32,000 nucleotides of DNA, taken from Breznakia sp. PF5-3. GTDB taxonomy: Bacteria > Bacillota_I > Bacilli_A > Erysipelotrichales > Erysipelotrichaceae. The translations under genes were made by a program, and so were the position numbers. Shown here in pieces: positions 8,625 through 17,514 of the stretch; within the stretch, counting starts at the first letter, position 1, and each line of letters begins with the position of its first letter. The notes below the pieces were generated by a model. The model saw only the letters and a list, made by a program, of their open reading frames with translations. It searched no databases and had not been told where the DNA came from. The stretch lies in the NCBI RefSeq assembly GCF_029504745.1, contig NZ_JAQFIQ010000006.1, positions 1-32,000 on the forward strand, given 5' to 3'.

Positions 8625-10933
8625 TATTTCACAAGGGCAGCATTCAATACTTGTGACATATGTTCAACAGGTATAAATTTAATGCTTTCCTTAACTGTTT
8701 CAGGAATATCATCAAGATCTTTTACGTTTGCCTTTGGCATTACAATCGTTTTTATTCCTGAACGATGTGCTGCCATCGATTTTTCTTTTAATCCACCGAT
8801 TGGTAATACATTCCCACGTAAAGTTACTTCTCCTGTCATAGCAACATCATTTTTCACTGCTTTATTACTAAGTGAAGAAATCAATGCTGTAGTCAAGGTA
8901 ACTCCAGCGCTTGGACCATCTTTTGGAACAGCACCTTCAGGTACATGAATATGAACATCTTGATTTTCAAAAATACTACTATCAATTTTATATTTCTTTG
9001 CATTTGCTCTAACATAGTCATATGCAATCGTAGCACTTTCTTTCATCACATCACCCAATTGACCAGTTACTACAAGTTTACCTTTACCATCAAAGTGATT
9101 TACTTCAATCTGTAAAATATCTCCACCAAACGAAGTATAAGCCAACCCTGTTACTGTACCAACTTGATCTTTATGTTCTTTTTTACCATAATCAAAAATT
9201 TCTTTTCCTAAGAATTTTTGAATTGTCTTTTTCGTCATTGTTAATGTTTTCTTTTTATCCTTTAAGATTGCCAAAACACTCTTTCTAGCTAATGCTGCAA
9301 TTACTCTTTCCAATTGACGAACACCACTTTCTCTAGTGTAATGTTTGATAACATAAGATAGCATTTCATCACTGATTTTAAATTGTGATGCTTTCAATCC
9401 ATTTTCCTTAAGTTGTTTTGGTACTAAGTGACGTTTCGCAATCTCCAGTTTTTCTACTTCTGTATAACTAGATAATTGAATGATTTCTAAACGATCTTGC
9501 AATGCATGTGGAATATTATCCATATAGTTTGCTGTTGCAATAAATAATACTTTACTTAAATCATAAGGTTCTTCCAAGTAATGATCTGAGAAATATGAAT
9601 TTTGTTCTGGATCCAATACTTCAAGCATTGCACTTGCAGGATCGCCTTTATAATCAGCGCCCATTTTATCAATCTCATCAATTAAGAATACTGGATTGAT
9701 TGTACCTGCTTTCTTCATTCCTTGAATGAAACGTCCTGGCATACTTCCTAGGTATGTACGACGGTGTCCCCGAATTTCTGATTCATCCTTTACACCACCT
9801 AGTGAAATCTTAACAAACTCACGATCTAACGCTCTCGCTACCGACTTTGATAAAGAAGTCTTACCAACCCCTGGAGGCCCCACAAGACAAATAATCGGCG
9901 CTTTTAATGAATTAGTCATCGTTTTCACTGCTAAATATTCCATAATTCTTTCTTTAACTTTTTCAAGACCATAATGATCTTCATCTAAGATTTCTTGTGC
10001 TTTATTTAAATCTTCATTATCGGTACTTTCTTGCCACCAAGGAAGTTTCAACAACCAATCCAAGTAAGACTTTACAACACCACTCTCACCCGATGCACTT
10101 GGTAACATTTCATAGCGCGATAACTCTTCAAGCGCTTTTTCTTTAACAGACTCTGGATATGGATTTTCCGCAATCATTTTACGATATTCATCGGTATCCG
10201 ATTCACGATCTGCTACATCACCTAATTCCTCTTTAATCGCACGCAATTTCTCACGTAGATAATATTCTCTTTGATTTTCATCTAAACGTTGTTTAACTTT
10301 GTCATTGATTAACGTATCCAATTCATTAATTTGTTTTTCATTTTCCATTTCTTGAATGATATACAATAAACGATCATTTACATCTGCCGCTTCTAAAATT
10401 CGCTGTTTAGCTTCTACAGAGAATGGAAAAATTTGAGCAACTTGATCAGCTAAATTCGTTGCAGAGATTCCTTCTGCCAATTTTGTAATCATATCTTTTG
10501 GTAAGTCTTGATTTAACACTTCAACATTTTCAAGTTGTCTTGCAATACGACGTACAAGTGCTAATTCTTCATTTACATCGGTTTGGACATCAATCAAAGG
10601 TTCAACACTACCAAATACCATTTCATCTGAAAATTCTAAACTTGAAATGCGGGCTCTTTCTAACCCTTTAAATTTAACACGTAAATATCCATCCATATGA
10701 CGAATATGTAGGATATGACAAATTGTTCCAACTTCATAAAGATCATCCATTCTAGGATCTTCTAAAGCCAAATCTTTTTGTGCTACTAGCAACACTTGGC
10801 TTTGAAAATGTTCTTGTGCTTCTTCAAGCGCATAAACACTTTTCTTTCTTCCTACATCAATGATAATCTCATTGTTAGGAAACACTATCACTCCCCTTGT
10901 ACACACTACTGGTAATTCAACTTTGTTTCCCAT
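8624..10933 (-). CDS. lon: ATP-dependent Lon protease (LonA)
   Basis: 769 aa. LON N-domain, AAA+ Walker A GPPGVGKTS, C-terminal protease domain with catalytic Ser context PKDGPSAGV. GGAGG 8 nt upstream of the ATG. Confidence 0.97.
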   Translation of the reverse strand: MGNKVELPVVCTRGVIVFPNNEIIIDVGRKKSVYALEEAQEHFQSQVLLVAQKDLALEDPRMDDLYEVGTICHILHIRHMDGYLRVKFKGLERARISSLEFSDEMVFGSVEPLIDVQTDVNEELALVRRIARQLENVEVLNQDLPKDMITKLAEGISATNLADQVAQIFPFSVEAKQRILEAADVNDRLLYIIQEMENEKQINELDTLINDKVKQRLDENQREYYLREKLRAIKEELGDVADRESDTDEYRKMIAENPYPESVKEKALEELSRYEMLPSASGESGVVKSYLDWLLKLPWWQESTDNEDLNKAQEILDEDHYGLEKVKERIMEYLAVKTMTNSLKAPIICLVGPPGVGKTSLSKSVARALDREFVKISLGGVKDESEIRGHRRTYLGSMPGRFIQGMKKAGTINPVFLIDEIDKMGADYKGDPASAMLEVLDPEQNSYFSDHYLEEPYDLSKVLFIATANYMDNIPHALQDRLEIIQLSSYTEVEKLEIAKRHLVPKQLKENGLKASQFKISDEMLSYVIKHYTRESGVRQLERVIAALARKSVLAILKDKKKTLTMTKKTIQKFLGKEIFDYGKKEHKDQVGTVTGLAYTSFGGDILQIEVNHFDGKGKLVVTGQLGDVMKESATIAYDYVRANAKKYKIDSSIFENQDVHIHVPEGAVPKDGPSAGVTLTTALISSLSNKAVKNDVAMTGEVTLRGNVLPIGGLKEKSMAAHRSGIKTIVMPKANVKDLDDIPETVKESIKFIPVEHMSQVLNAALVK

Positions 10934-10956
10934 AATTTACCTCCTTCAATTTGGTT

Positions 10957-10980
10957 AAAAAAGACGCTGAAGCGTCTTTT
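10957..10980 (-). terminator. intrinsic terminator after tig
   Basis: Minus strand AAAAGACGC-TTCA-GCGTCTTTT followed by further Ts. The stem overlaps the tig TAA. Confidence 0.7.
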
Positions 10981-12262
10981 ATTTCTTATTTACAACGCTG
11001 TCTTTTACAATCTCAACAGCCTTTTGAAGTCTTAAATCATAATTCAATGCATCAACATTGATAGCTTCTTTGACTTTAGAAACTTCCATTCCATAACGAT
11101 TAGCTATATTTTCATATTCAACTTCTACATCTTTTTCACTAATCTCTACTTTTTCTACTTCCGCAATTTTATCCAAAACTAAACGAACATTTACTTTTGT
11201 CTTCGCTTCTGGTTGCATTTGCTCTTGTAATTGCTCTGCTGTTGTTCCTGTCATTTGGAAATATTGTTCTTGATTAAATCCTTGTCCAGCCAGTCTTTGA
11301 GCAAAATCATTCATCATTTGACTAACTTCATCATCAATCATCACTTGTGGAATAACCACTTCTGCGTTTTCAACAAGTTTTGTTAATAAGTCATTTTCAA
11401 ACTTTGTTTGAACTTCATTTTCTTTTTGCTCTTTTAAGTTATTCTTAACATATTTTTTGTAGTCTTCTACAGTTTCTACATCTTTAACTTCTGCATCCTT
11501 AATCAAATCATCATTTACTTCAGGTAACACCTTTTCTTTAATTTCATGAATTTTCACTTTGAAGACAACTGCTTTTCCAGCCAAATCTTCTGCTCCATAG
11601 TTTTCAGGGAATGTAATATCAAGATCTTTTTCTTCATCTGCTTTCATCCCAATCAATTGTTCTTCAAAACCTGGGATAAAAGATCCAGATCCAATTTCTA
11701 ATGGATAATTTTCTCCTTTACCACCTTCGAATGCTACACCATCTTTGAATCCTTCAAAGTCGATTACAGCTGTATCACCATTTTTTACTACACCATCTTC
11801 TTTAACAACCAATTCGCTGAATCTAGCTTGTAATTGTTCAAGTTGTTCATTTACTTCTTTTGCAGTAACTGATACTTTGTCTTTCTTTATATCTAAGCCT
11901 TTATATTCACCAAGTTTTACTTCTGGTTTAACTGTTACATTAAATTTCAACATGACAGCTTCTTTTGTGATTTCATCAACACCTAACTCAGGTCTTGCAA
12001 TGATCCATAAATCATGTTTTTCAATTCCTTCTTGCAATGCATGTCCTGCAACTTCGTCAATTGCTTCCATTAAAATGCTTTGCTCAGAAATTTGCTTTTT
12101 AGCAACTGATTCAGGAACTTGTCCTTTTCTAAAACCTTTTACTTCAATATCTTTAGCTAATTTCTTGAATGCTTTCTTTTGTGCTTCAAGCCATTTTTCG
12201 CCTTCAACCTTTACTTTTAATTCACCTTGAGAATTTTCCTTTAACTTCCATGTTGAACTCAT
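10979..12262 (-). CDS. tig: trigger factor
   Basis: N-terminal ribosome-binding signature GFRKGQVP, central FKBP-type PPIase region, C-terminal helical domain. GGAGG lies 8 nt before the MSSTWKL ATG, so the start is placed at 12262 rather than 12283. Confidence 0.95.
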   Translation of the reverse strand: MSSTWKLKENSQGELKVKVEGEKWLEAQKKAFKKLAKDIEVKGFRKGQVPESVAKKQISEQSILMEAIDEVAGHALQEGIEKHDLWIIARPELGVDEITKEAVMLKFNVTVKPEVKLGEYKGLDIKKDKVSVTAKEVNEQLEQLQARFSELVVKEDGVVKNGDTAVIDFEGFKDGVAFEGGKGENYPLEIGSGSFIPGFEEQLIGMKADEEKDLDITFPENYGAEDLAGKAVVFKVKIHEIKEKVLPEVNDDLIKDAEVKDVETVEDYKKYVKNNLKEQKENEVQTKFENDLLTKLVENAEVVIPQVMIDDEVSQMMNDFAQRLAGQGFNQEQYFQMTGTTAEQLQEQMQPEAKTKVNVRLVLDKIAEVEKVEISEKDVEVEYENIANRYGMEVSKVKEAINVDALNYDLRLQKAVEIVKDSVVNKK

Positions 12263-12289
12263 TTTCTTACCTCCGTAATTCAATCAATT

Positions 12290-13015
12290 TTAAACTTCAT
12301 ACTTATATAATAATAAGTCATAACCCTCATACATTGCAAGGTTTTTTTCATCAATAAAGAGTTTAAATGCTTCTTCATCACCATTCGCTTTATATACATA
12401 CTCAATAATTGCCACAACTAGGTAATTTATTTCATCTAGTACAACATTAAATGGTAATTTCAAATATAATTCTTTGACTAGACATTCTACACACATTTTA
12501 TAAAATGTGGGATTGTCATTTTCAAAATAATTCTTCAACAATTTTACCATTTCCATTGTTGCTTCATTCTCTTGAATCCTTTCAACATAAACCGGAACAA
12601 AAGAAACCTCCAACCCTTCATACATTAGTTTTATTTCATCACTGACATCTTGCTCCATCAATATTTCGATTAATAGAGTACGAATTAGATAATGTGGTTT
12701 ATCACTAAGATATGCTTCTACAATATCCAAATATTTCCTTATATTACTATTTCTTAATATCTCACAAGCCATATTAGCCTCATCAACACTTCCAAATAGC
12801 AAAGTTTCAATATCTTCATCATGATGCTTTTTACTTTGTGTATCGCTTTGTAACATTTGTTTACATTCGACAAACAATGCATTCAATTCACTTTCGTGTG
12901 TAAAGGGTATATAAGGCATATTCAACTCTTCTTTCAAAATCGAATATGCCTCCATAATTTTATTATTGTTTATCAATTCTTTTACATTTACGATTAACGC
13001 ATCATAATAATCCAT
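12290..13015 (-). CDS. hypothetical all-helical protein (possibly DUF3196-like)
   Basis: 241-aa ORF with AAGGAG SD. It ends 24 nt before the tig start, with the tig SD in the gap. The family assignment comes only from my recollection of a helical DUF upstream of tig-lon in Mollicutes. Confidence 0.6.
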   Translation of the reverse strand: MDYYDALIVNVKELINNNKIMEAYSILKEELNMPYIPFTHESELNALFVECKQMLQSDTQSKKHHDEDIETLLFGSVDEANMACEILRNSNIRKYLDIVEAYLSDKPHYLIRTLLIEILMEQDVSDEIKLMYEGLEVSFVPVYVERIQENEATMEMVKLLKNYFENDNPTFYKMCVECLVKELYLKLPFNVVLDEINYLVVAIIEYVYKANGDEEAFKLFIDEKNLAMYEGYDLLLYKYEV

Positions 13016-13130
13016 ACCTACTCCTTGTATATAGTATACTAAATAACCAACATTTAGGGAACTAATTTGATTTAAGCCTTATTTTACTACACTATAATAG
13101 CATGTTACACACAAAATTTACACTAAAACA

Positions 13131-13535
13131 TCATTTATTAATCCATGTTTTCTTTATCTGCAAAAGGATATGTCCAATATTACCATCTCCCGCAAACAAA
13201 GCTACATCAAAAAAATCACTATCGATGCTTACCCATGATAATGTATTTACTTCTTCTATTAAAGAAACGGATTGTTTTAACTTTCCTACAAAAACCTCAA
13301 GTTTCAAATCTATGGCATGATAACAAAAGTCCATAAAATGATTTAAATCGATATCCTTTGATGATATTCCCGTCTCCTCATATAACTCTCGATAAGCTGC
13401 AGATAAGCTTGTTTCATCTCCTATCACTTTTCCACCTACAAAATTATATAATCCTTTATATGGATTTTTGCTTCTTAAACACATCAATACGTTTTTTTCA
13501 GCTTCATCAAATACAACAATTATATTTGTTTTCAT
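13131..13535 (-). CDS. NUDIX hydrolase
   Basis: Nudix box GGKVIGDETSLSAAYRELYEETGI (GX5EX7REUXEEXGU). Start uncertain: ATG at 13535 (MKTNIIVV) or 13550, or TTG at 13556. None has a clear SD, and it directly follows or overlaps the ogt stop. Confidence 0.85.
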   Translation of the reverse strand: MKTNIIVVFDEAEKNVLMCLRSKNPYKGLYNFVGGKVIGDETSLSAAYRELYEETGISSKDIDLNHFMDFCYHAIDLKLEVFVGKLKQSVSLIEEVNTLSWVSIDSDFFDVALFAGDGNIGHILLQIKKTWINK

Positions 13536-13539
13536 GATA

Positions 13540-14028
13540 TTACAAATCATAAGCAAGCTGCTTATTTTCCAGTTGCAAAAGCTTCTCTTTCAAATCTAAG
13601 CCTCCTGCATAGCCTACAAGCTTCCCATTTGACCCAATTACACGATGACATGGATATACAATAATAATTGGATTTTTATTATTAGACAACCCTACTGCAC
13701 GAAATCCTTTTGGACAATCAATTGCTTCGGCAATATCTTTATAGGTTTTTGTTTCACCATATGGAATTGTGGTTAAAGCGTTCCAAACCTTTTTTTGAAA
13801 TTCTGTTCCTGCAGGATTTAAAAGTAAATCAAACGTTGTTCGTTTGTGATCAAAATATTCTTGAAGCTGTCGGATTGCTTCTTTCATGATTGATATTTCT
13901 TTTCGTTCGTATTCTTCAGATATAGGATTTTGAATTGCATCTAATACAATCTGTGATATTCCTTTCTCACTTGCAACTATTCTTAGTTTTCCAATTGGCG
14001 AATCATAATATGTATAGTATTCTTTCAT
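13540..14028 (-). CDS. ogt: methylated-DNA--protein-cysteine S-methyltransferase (two-domain Ogt/AdaB type)
   Basis: Active-site PCHRV (VYPCHRVIGSNG), helix-turn-wing region and N-terminal Ogt domain. GGGAGGT SD 8 nt upstream. Confidence 0.93.
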   Translation of the reverse strand: MKEYYTYYDSPIGKLRIVASEKGISQIVLDAIQNPISEEYERKEISIMKEAIRQLQEYFDHKRTTFDLLLNPAGTEFQKKVWNALTTIPYGETKTYKDIAEAIDCPKGFRAVGLSNNKNPIIIVYPCHRVIGSNGKLVGYAGGLDLKEKLLQLENKQLAYDL

Positions 14029-14032
14029 TTTT

Positions 14033-14326
14033 TTATACCTCCCATTTATATTTCTTCATATCAACTTTTCCATTCTTTAAAAGGACAACACCTTCTGTAC
14101 TTAATAAATCTTTCTGTTCATCCCAACCTAAAACCAAACTACCATCGCTATGTAGCACACGATGACAAGGATATGTACCATAAAACTCTGCGTTTGATAA
14201 TACCTTACCTACTTTTCTTGCATTTTTAGGATATCCAGAAATTTTAGCAATCTGTCCATAGCTAGCTACTTTACCTTTTGGTATTTCATTAACAACTTCT
14301 AAAATCAAAAAAGCAAATTCATCCAT
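14033..14326 (-). CDS. single-domain MGMT-family protein (COG3695/Atl-like scaffold that retains the Cys)
   Basis: 97 aa from the SD-supported ATG (AAAGGAG-8 nt-ATG). Reads IPKGKVASYGQIAK...TYPCHRVLHSDGS...YKWEV. Architecture resembles E. coli YbaZ/Atl but has PCHRV rather than PWHRV. Confidence 0.85.
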   Translation of the reverse strand: MDEFAFLILEVVNEIPKGKVASYGQIAKISGYPKNARKVGKVLSNAEFYGTYPCHRVLHSDGSLVLGWDEQKDLLSTEGVVLLKNGKVDMKKYKWEV

Positions 14327-14328
14327 TA

Positions 14329-14946
14329 TCATTTCTCCTTTTCATGTGATAGTTTCCATAAATATAAGGCTGCAATAGAACCATAAGGACTATATCTTTG
14401 CTTATATATTTCAAATGTTTCTCTATCAATCTGTGACAATCCCTGAAGACGACAAAGTCCTCTACGAATTGCTAAATCTTTATAACTTAACACATCTTTA
14501 CGTTGCAGAGTTAAAATCAAAATCATTTCTGCTGACCATTCGCCAATTCCTTTAATCAAAGTTAATTCCTCAATTACTTCTTTATTATTTTTTTGTTGAA
14601 GAGATTGTAAATTCAATTCTCCCTTTAAAATTCTGTCTGTAATTTCTTTGATTGTTTGAGATTTGCGTTTAGTTAATCCACATTGTTTTATTTCTTCAAT
14701 TGAATACTGCGCAACATTCTCTGGTGTCATATTCCCCACCATTGCCTCCAAACGTGAAAAAATAACATTAGCTACCTTAGTAGATAACAATTGCCCAACT
14801 ACTGTGTGCAACAAACCTGTATATATATCAGGAATTACTTCTCGCTCAATAAATCCATACTGATCAATTATTTTACTTAAAGCTTCATCACATTGCTTCA
14901 AATAGTTGATTTCCTTTTCCCCATATTGAAAATACACTGTTTTCAT
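14329..14946 (-). CDS. alkA: DNA-3-methyladenine glycosylase II-like HhH-GPD protein
   Basis: Helix-hairpin-helix LIKGIGEWSAEMIL followed by a catalytic Asp context (SYKDLAIRRG). Positioned between adaA and the alkyltransferases. Confidence 0.85.
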   Translation of the reverse strand: MKTVYFQYGEKEINYLKQCDEALSKIIDQYGFIEREVIPDIYTGLLHTVVGQLLSTKVANVIFSRLEAMVGNMTPENVAQYSIEEIKQCGLTKRKSQTIKEITDRILKGELNLQSLQQKNNKEVIEELTLIKGIGEWSAEMILILTLQRKDVLSYKDLAIRRGLCRLQGLSQIDRETFEIYKQRYSPYGSIAALYLWKLSHEKEK

Positions 14947-14948
14947 GT

Positions 14949-15491
14949 CTATCTCCTTATTGATTTTGGCGGCTTTTGACGATGTTTTTTAAATGATGCA
15001 TAAAATGCTGATAAACTATCAAAACCAGATGCAAAGGCAATATCTACGATTTGCATATCCGTTTCTTTCAACAACTTTTCCGCTTTTTCTAACCGCAACA
15101 TATTACGATAAGAAAAGGGTGTCATTCCATATTCTTTTTGAAATATTAGACTAATATGATTAAAAGATAAATCTAAACCATCTATTCTTTCTTTCAAACG
15201 TGCCGAATCTTTATACGTTTCTTCTATAATCCCCTTTAACCTTTTTGCAGTATCTTTTTCTGGTGTAAACACAATCAAATCGGGACGACACCTTTTACAA
15301 ACCCGATATCCTCGTCTTTCACATTCATCCCTTGTATCTATGAATTCAATATTCTTACGTAAAGGCTTACGCGCTTTACATGATGGTCGGCAGTAAATAC
15401 CCGTAGACTTTACTCCAATATAAAAACAACCATCATAATTGGCATCACACTCTATAAAAGCTTTCCATTTTTGTTCTTCTGTATATTTCAT
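14949..15491 (-). CDS. adaA: Ada-type methylphosphotriester methyltransferase / AraC-family regulator (AdaA)
   Basis: N-terminal Cys4 zinc methyl-acceptor motif (GIYCRPSCKARKP...RVCKRCRP) and C-terminal AraC HTH (FNHISLIFQKEYGMTPFSYR...). Confidence 0.9.
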   Translation of the reverse strand: MKYTEEQKWKAFIECDANYDGCFYIGVKSTGIYCRPSCKARKPLRKNIEFIDTRDECERRGYRVCKRCRPDLIVFTPEKDTAKRLKGIIEETYKDSARLKERIDGLDLSFNHISLIFQKEYGMTPFSYRNMLRLEKAEKLLKETDMQIVDIAFASGFDSLSAFYASFKKHRQKPPKSIRR

Positions 15492-15822
15492 AATTTATCC
15501 TACCCTTAAAGTATAAAGTACTTTAAATGCTTTTTCTTCTAATATTTCATGATAGATATTTTTTAATACATGCTCCTCTATACGAAACCCTCATTTATTC
15601 ACAATACCATACTATCATTTTTTCAAATATACTAACAATATCAATTTATTTATAATATTCTTTGATATATTTTTTCAATTTATAAAAAAGTAAAAAATAT
15701 ATTGTTATATTTTATACATATAGTATAATATAAGTGAGGAAAAGAGGAAGATAGGTACTCATATCAATAATAGATCACTTTTCCTTTCTAGTATCATCAT
15801 ACTTCTTCAGCATCTATTATTG

Positions 15823-15856
15823 AAAAAAGACCTTCATGAAAATGAAAGGTCTTTTC
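15823..15856. terminator. bidirectional intrinsic terminator
   Basis: AGACCTTCAT-GAAA-ATGAAAGGTCT (one bulge), flanked by A6 on the left and TTTTC on the right. It sits 12 nt after the lipoprotein stop on the minus strand. Confidence 0.7.
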
Positions 15857-15867
15857 TATATAATTTT

Positions 15868-16326
15868 TTATTTGTTTTCTTTACAATCTGCTCCATTGGT
15901 TTTTAAATTTTTTACATATGTCTTATAAGGCGTATCTTTCAAATCATCAACCGTAATATTATCCATTCCTAACATTGGTGGAAATTCTTCGATTTCATTC
16001 ACTTTAAGTGTAACCTTTAAAACTAAATCATCGCCATCAAATGAGATGTCAAATTCAGTACCTTTATATTCACCAAATTGCTCTTTTATAGCTTTCAACC
16101 CAGATTCTCTTTCGCTTTCACTAACACCTGCTACAGCGTCTTCTTGAACTGCAGTAACTGTAATTTCGTCAAGTTTTTTACCATCAGGAACAATTACCAT
16201 TTCCATAGATGATCCACTTACATCAATTTTACAAACAGTAGATTCTTTTGCTTCTTTTTTACCATCTCCTGAACATCCACTTACAAGCAATGCAAAGAAG
16301 AAAATACTTAAACATATTTTTTTCAT
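15868..16326 (-). CDS. small secreted lipoprotein (possibly DUF1307/YehR-like)
   Basis: Signal peptide with lipobox LLVSGC. Start placed at MKKICL because the upstream ATG lies inside the SD-like GGGAGAGAG. Confidence 0.8.
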   Translation of the reverse strand: MKKICLSIFFFALLVSGCSGDGKKEAKESTVCKIDVSGSSMEMVIVPDGKKLDEITVTAVQEDAVAGVSESERESGLKAIKEQFGEYKGTEFDISFDGDDLVLKVTLKVNEIEEFPPMLGMDNITVDDLKDTPYKTYVKNLKTNGADCKENK

Positions 16327-16459
16327 AATTCTCTCTCCCATATATGGTTTTATTATAAGCCCCCTTCATAATAAAACTACTTTCTAATAGTATTAGTATA
16401 TCATTAAATTCTTTTTGACTCTAGAGCAAAAACATAATTTCATCCATAAACATAGTTAT

Positions 16460-16942
16460 TTACTTGAGCATAGATTCATATTCATACAAAGTTTTCAAAT
16501 TAAAATGTTTAACAAAACTATATATCCATTCATGAGAAATCGTTAATAATACTTGCCCATGATATTGAACACTTAAACTTAACTCTTTTGGTTTTGAACA
16601 CCATTCTTCTGTACAATTCTTTCTTTGTTCTTCCATTTCTTTAACAACCTCATCAAGATTATTTGAATCAGCATATTTTTTAGTGATATTATCTATATCT
16701 TCTTGTGACAACATATATTGCTTTAACTCATTTTTATAAAAACTATATGCATAGAAAACATACTTACCATCAATAAGTTTAATAAATTTAATAAGCTCAT
16801 CCAAATCCACTATCTCTATACATCGAAATATATCTTTTAAATCTAGCGCTTCTACTAGCGTAATATCATTATTCTCAAATCGCTTCCACAAATCTTCCTT
16901 ACTCATTATGACATCTTGTTCAAAATATTCTAAATCTTCCAT
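16460..16942 (-). CDS. hypothetical protein, paralog A of a duplicated ~160-aa family
   Basis: GGAGG 9 nt upstream. About 30% identical over its full length to the 17599-18087 product (shared DVIxSKEDL, FYxY, PxELxLxV, HxWxxSxxKxFxLKTLxEY). Confidence 0.8.
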   Translation of the reverse strand: MEDLEYFEQDVIMSKEDLWKRFENNDITLVEALDLKDIFRCIEIVDLDELIKFIKLIDGKYVFYAYSFYKNELKQYMLSQEDIDNITKKYADSNNLDEVVKEMEEQRKNCTEEWCSKPKELSLSVQYHGQVLLTISHEWIYSFVKHFNLKTLYEYESMLK

Positions 16943-17025
16943 TTAACATTTCCTCCAATTAACTCCTATTATACTACATTATTTTAGATGAAGCACTGAA
17001 TTATTTATTAGTGTATCATCCCAAG

Positions 17026-17514
17026 TCAAAGATATTTATGATGGTAATGAATATCATTACTATCAACACAATATTCAACATAACCATATAAATTATGAAT
17101 TCTTTTTGAAACATCTCGAAAGCCATCAGTATCAGATAATATAAATGAATATCCGTTATCCTCAACCCACTTTTCTGCTTGACTCATCAACTTCTCACCA
17201 ATATGAAATCCTCGTTGTTTTTCATCTACATACCATGGCTCTACAACTGGGATAGGCTTATCGGAAATCAATAGATTATTTATCTGATTATAATAATCTG
17301 TGTCTTTAAAATGATTCAGTAATTCTTTATAATTTTTTGCACATACTAACCCTATATCAATAAATCCAGCTAGTGTTTCATCTTCATTTTGATATACATA
17401 GCAAATCCATTTATCATAGTTTCTAAAACGATTATTCTTAGGGTAATATAGAAAGGCTGTAATTTCTTCACGCATCTCCTGTTTTGTATAATTGGTATAC
17501 AAAAGACATCTCAT
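17026..17514 (-). CDS. GNAT N-acetyltransferase, AAC(6')-I-like; annotated ATG probably not the ancestral start
   Basis: Acetyl-CoA motif A region VEPWYVDEKQRGFHIGEKLMSQAEKWVEDNGYSFILSDTD resembles AAC(6')-I enzymes. The frame stays open to 17559, where ACG sits 6 nt after a perfect GGAGGT. Confidence 0.8.
   Translation of the reverse strand: MRCLLYTNYTKQEMREEITAFLYYPKNNRFRNYDKWICYVYQNEDETLAGFIDIGLVCAKNYKELLNHFKDTDYYNQINNLLISDKPIPVVEPWYVDEKQRGFHIGEKLMSQAEKWVEDNGYSFILSDTDGFRDVSKRIHNLYGYVEYCVDSNDIHYHHKYL

Noticed and set aside
8434-9974. Plus-strand ORFs of 80-88 aa overlapping engB and lon
   Set aside because: They are antisense to well-supported genes and have no translation signals.
11745-12357. 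161-aa and 62-aa plus-strand ORFs opposite tig
   Set aside because: The long antisense frame is explained by the Lys/Glu/Val-rich codon usage of tig. The translation is Ser/Thr/Phe-rich low complexity with no SD.
13102-14863. Plus-strand ORFs (63-76 aa) across the NUDIX/ogt/alkA genes
   Set aside because: They are antisense to a tightly packed operon with clear catalytic motifs on the other strand.
15514-15525. 12-bp perfect palindrome TAAAGTACTTTA just upstream of the adaA SD
   Set aside because: Several such AT-only palindromes are expected by chance in 32 kb at this composition. It does not resemble known Ada boxes.
15731-15770. Possible degraded third copy of the paralog 5' end (GAGGAAA..GGAAGAT resembles GGAGGAAATGTTAAATGGAAGAT of paralog A)
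   Set aside because: Similarity stops after about 25 nt and consists mostly of purine-rich SD-like sequence, so homology cannot be supported by eye.
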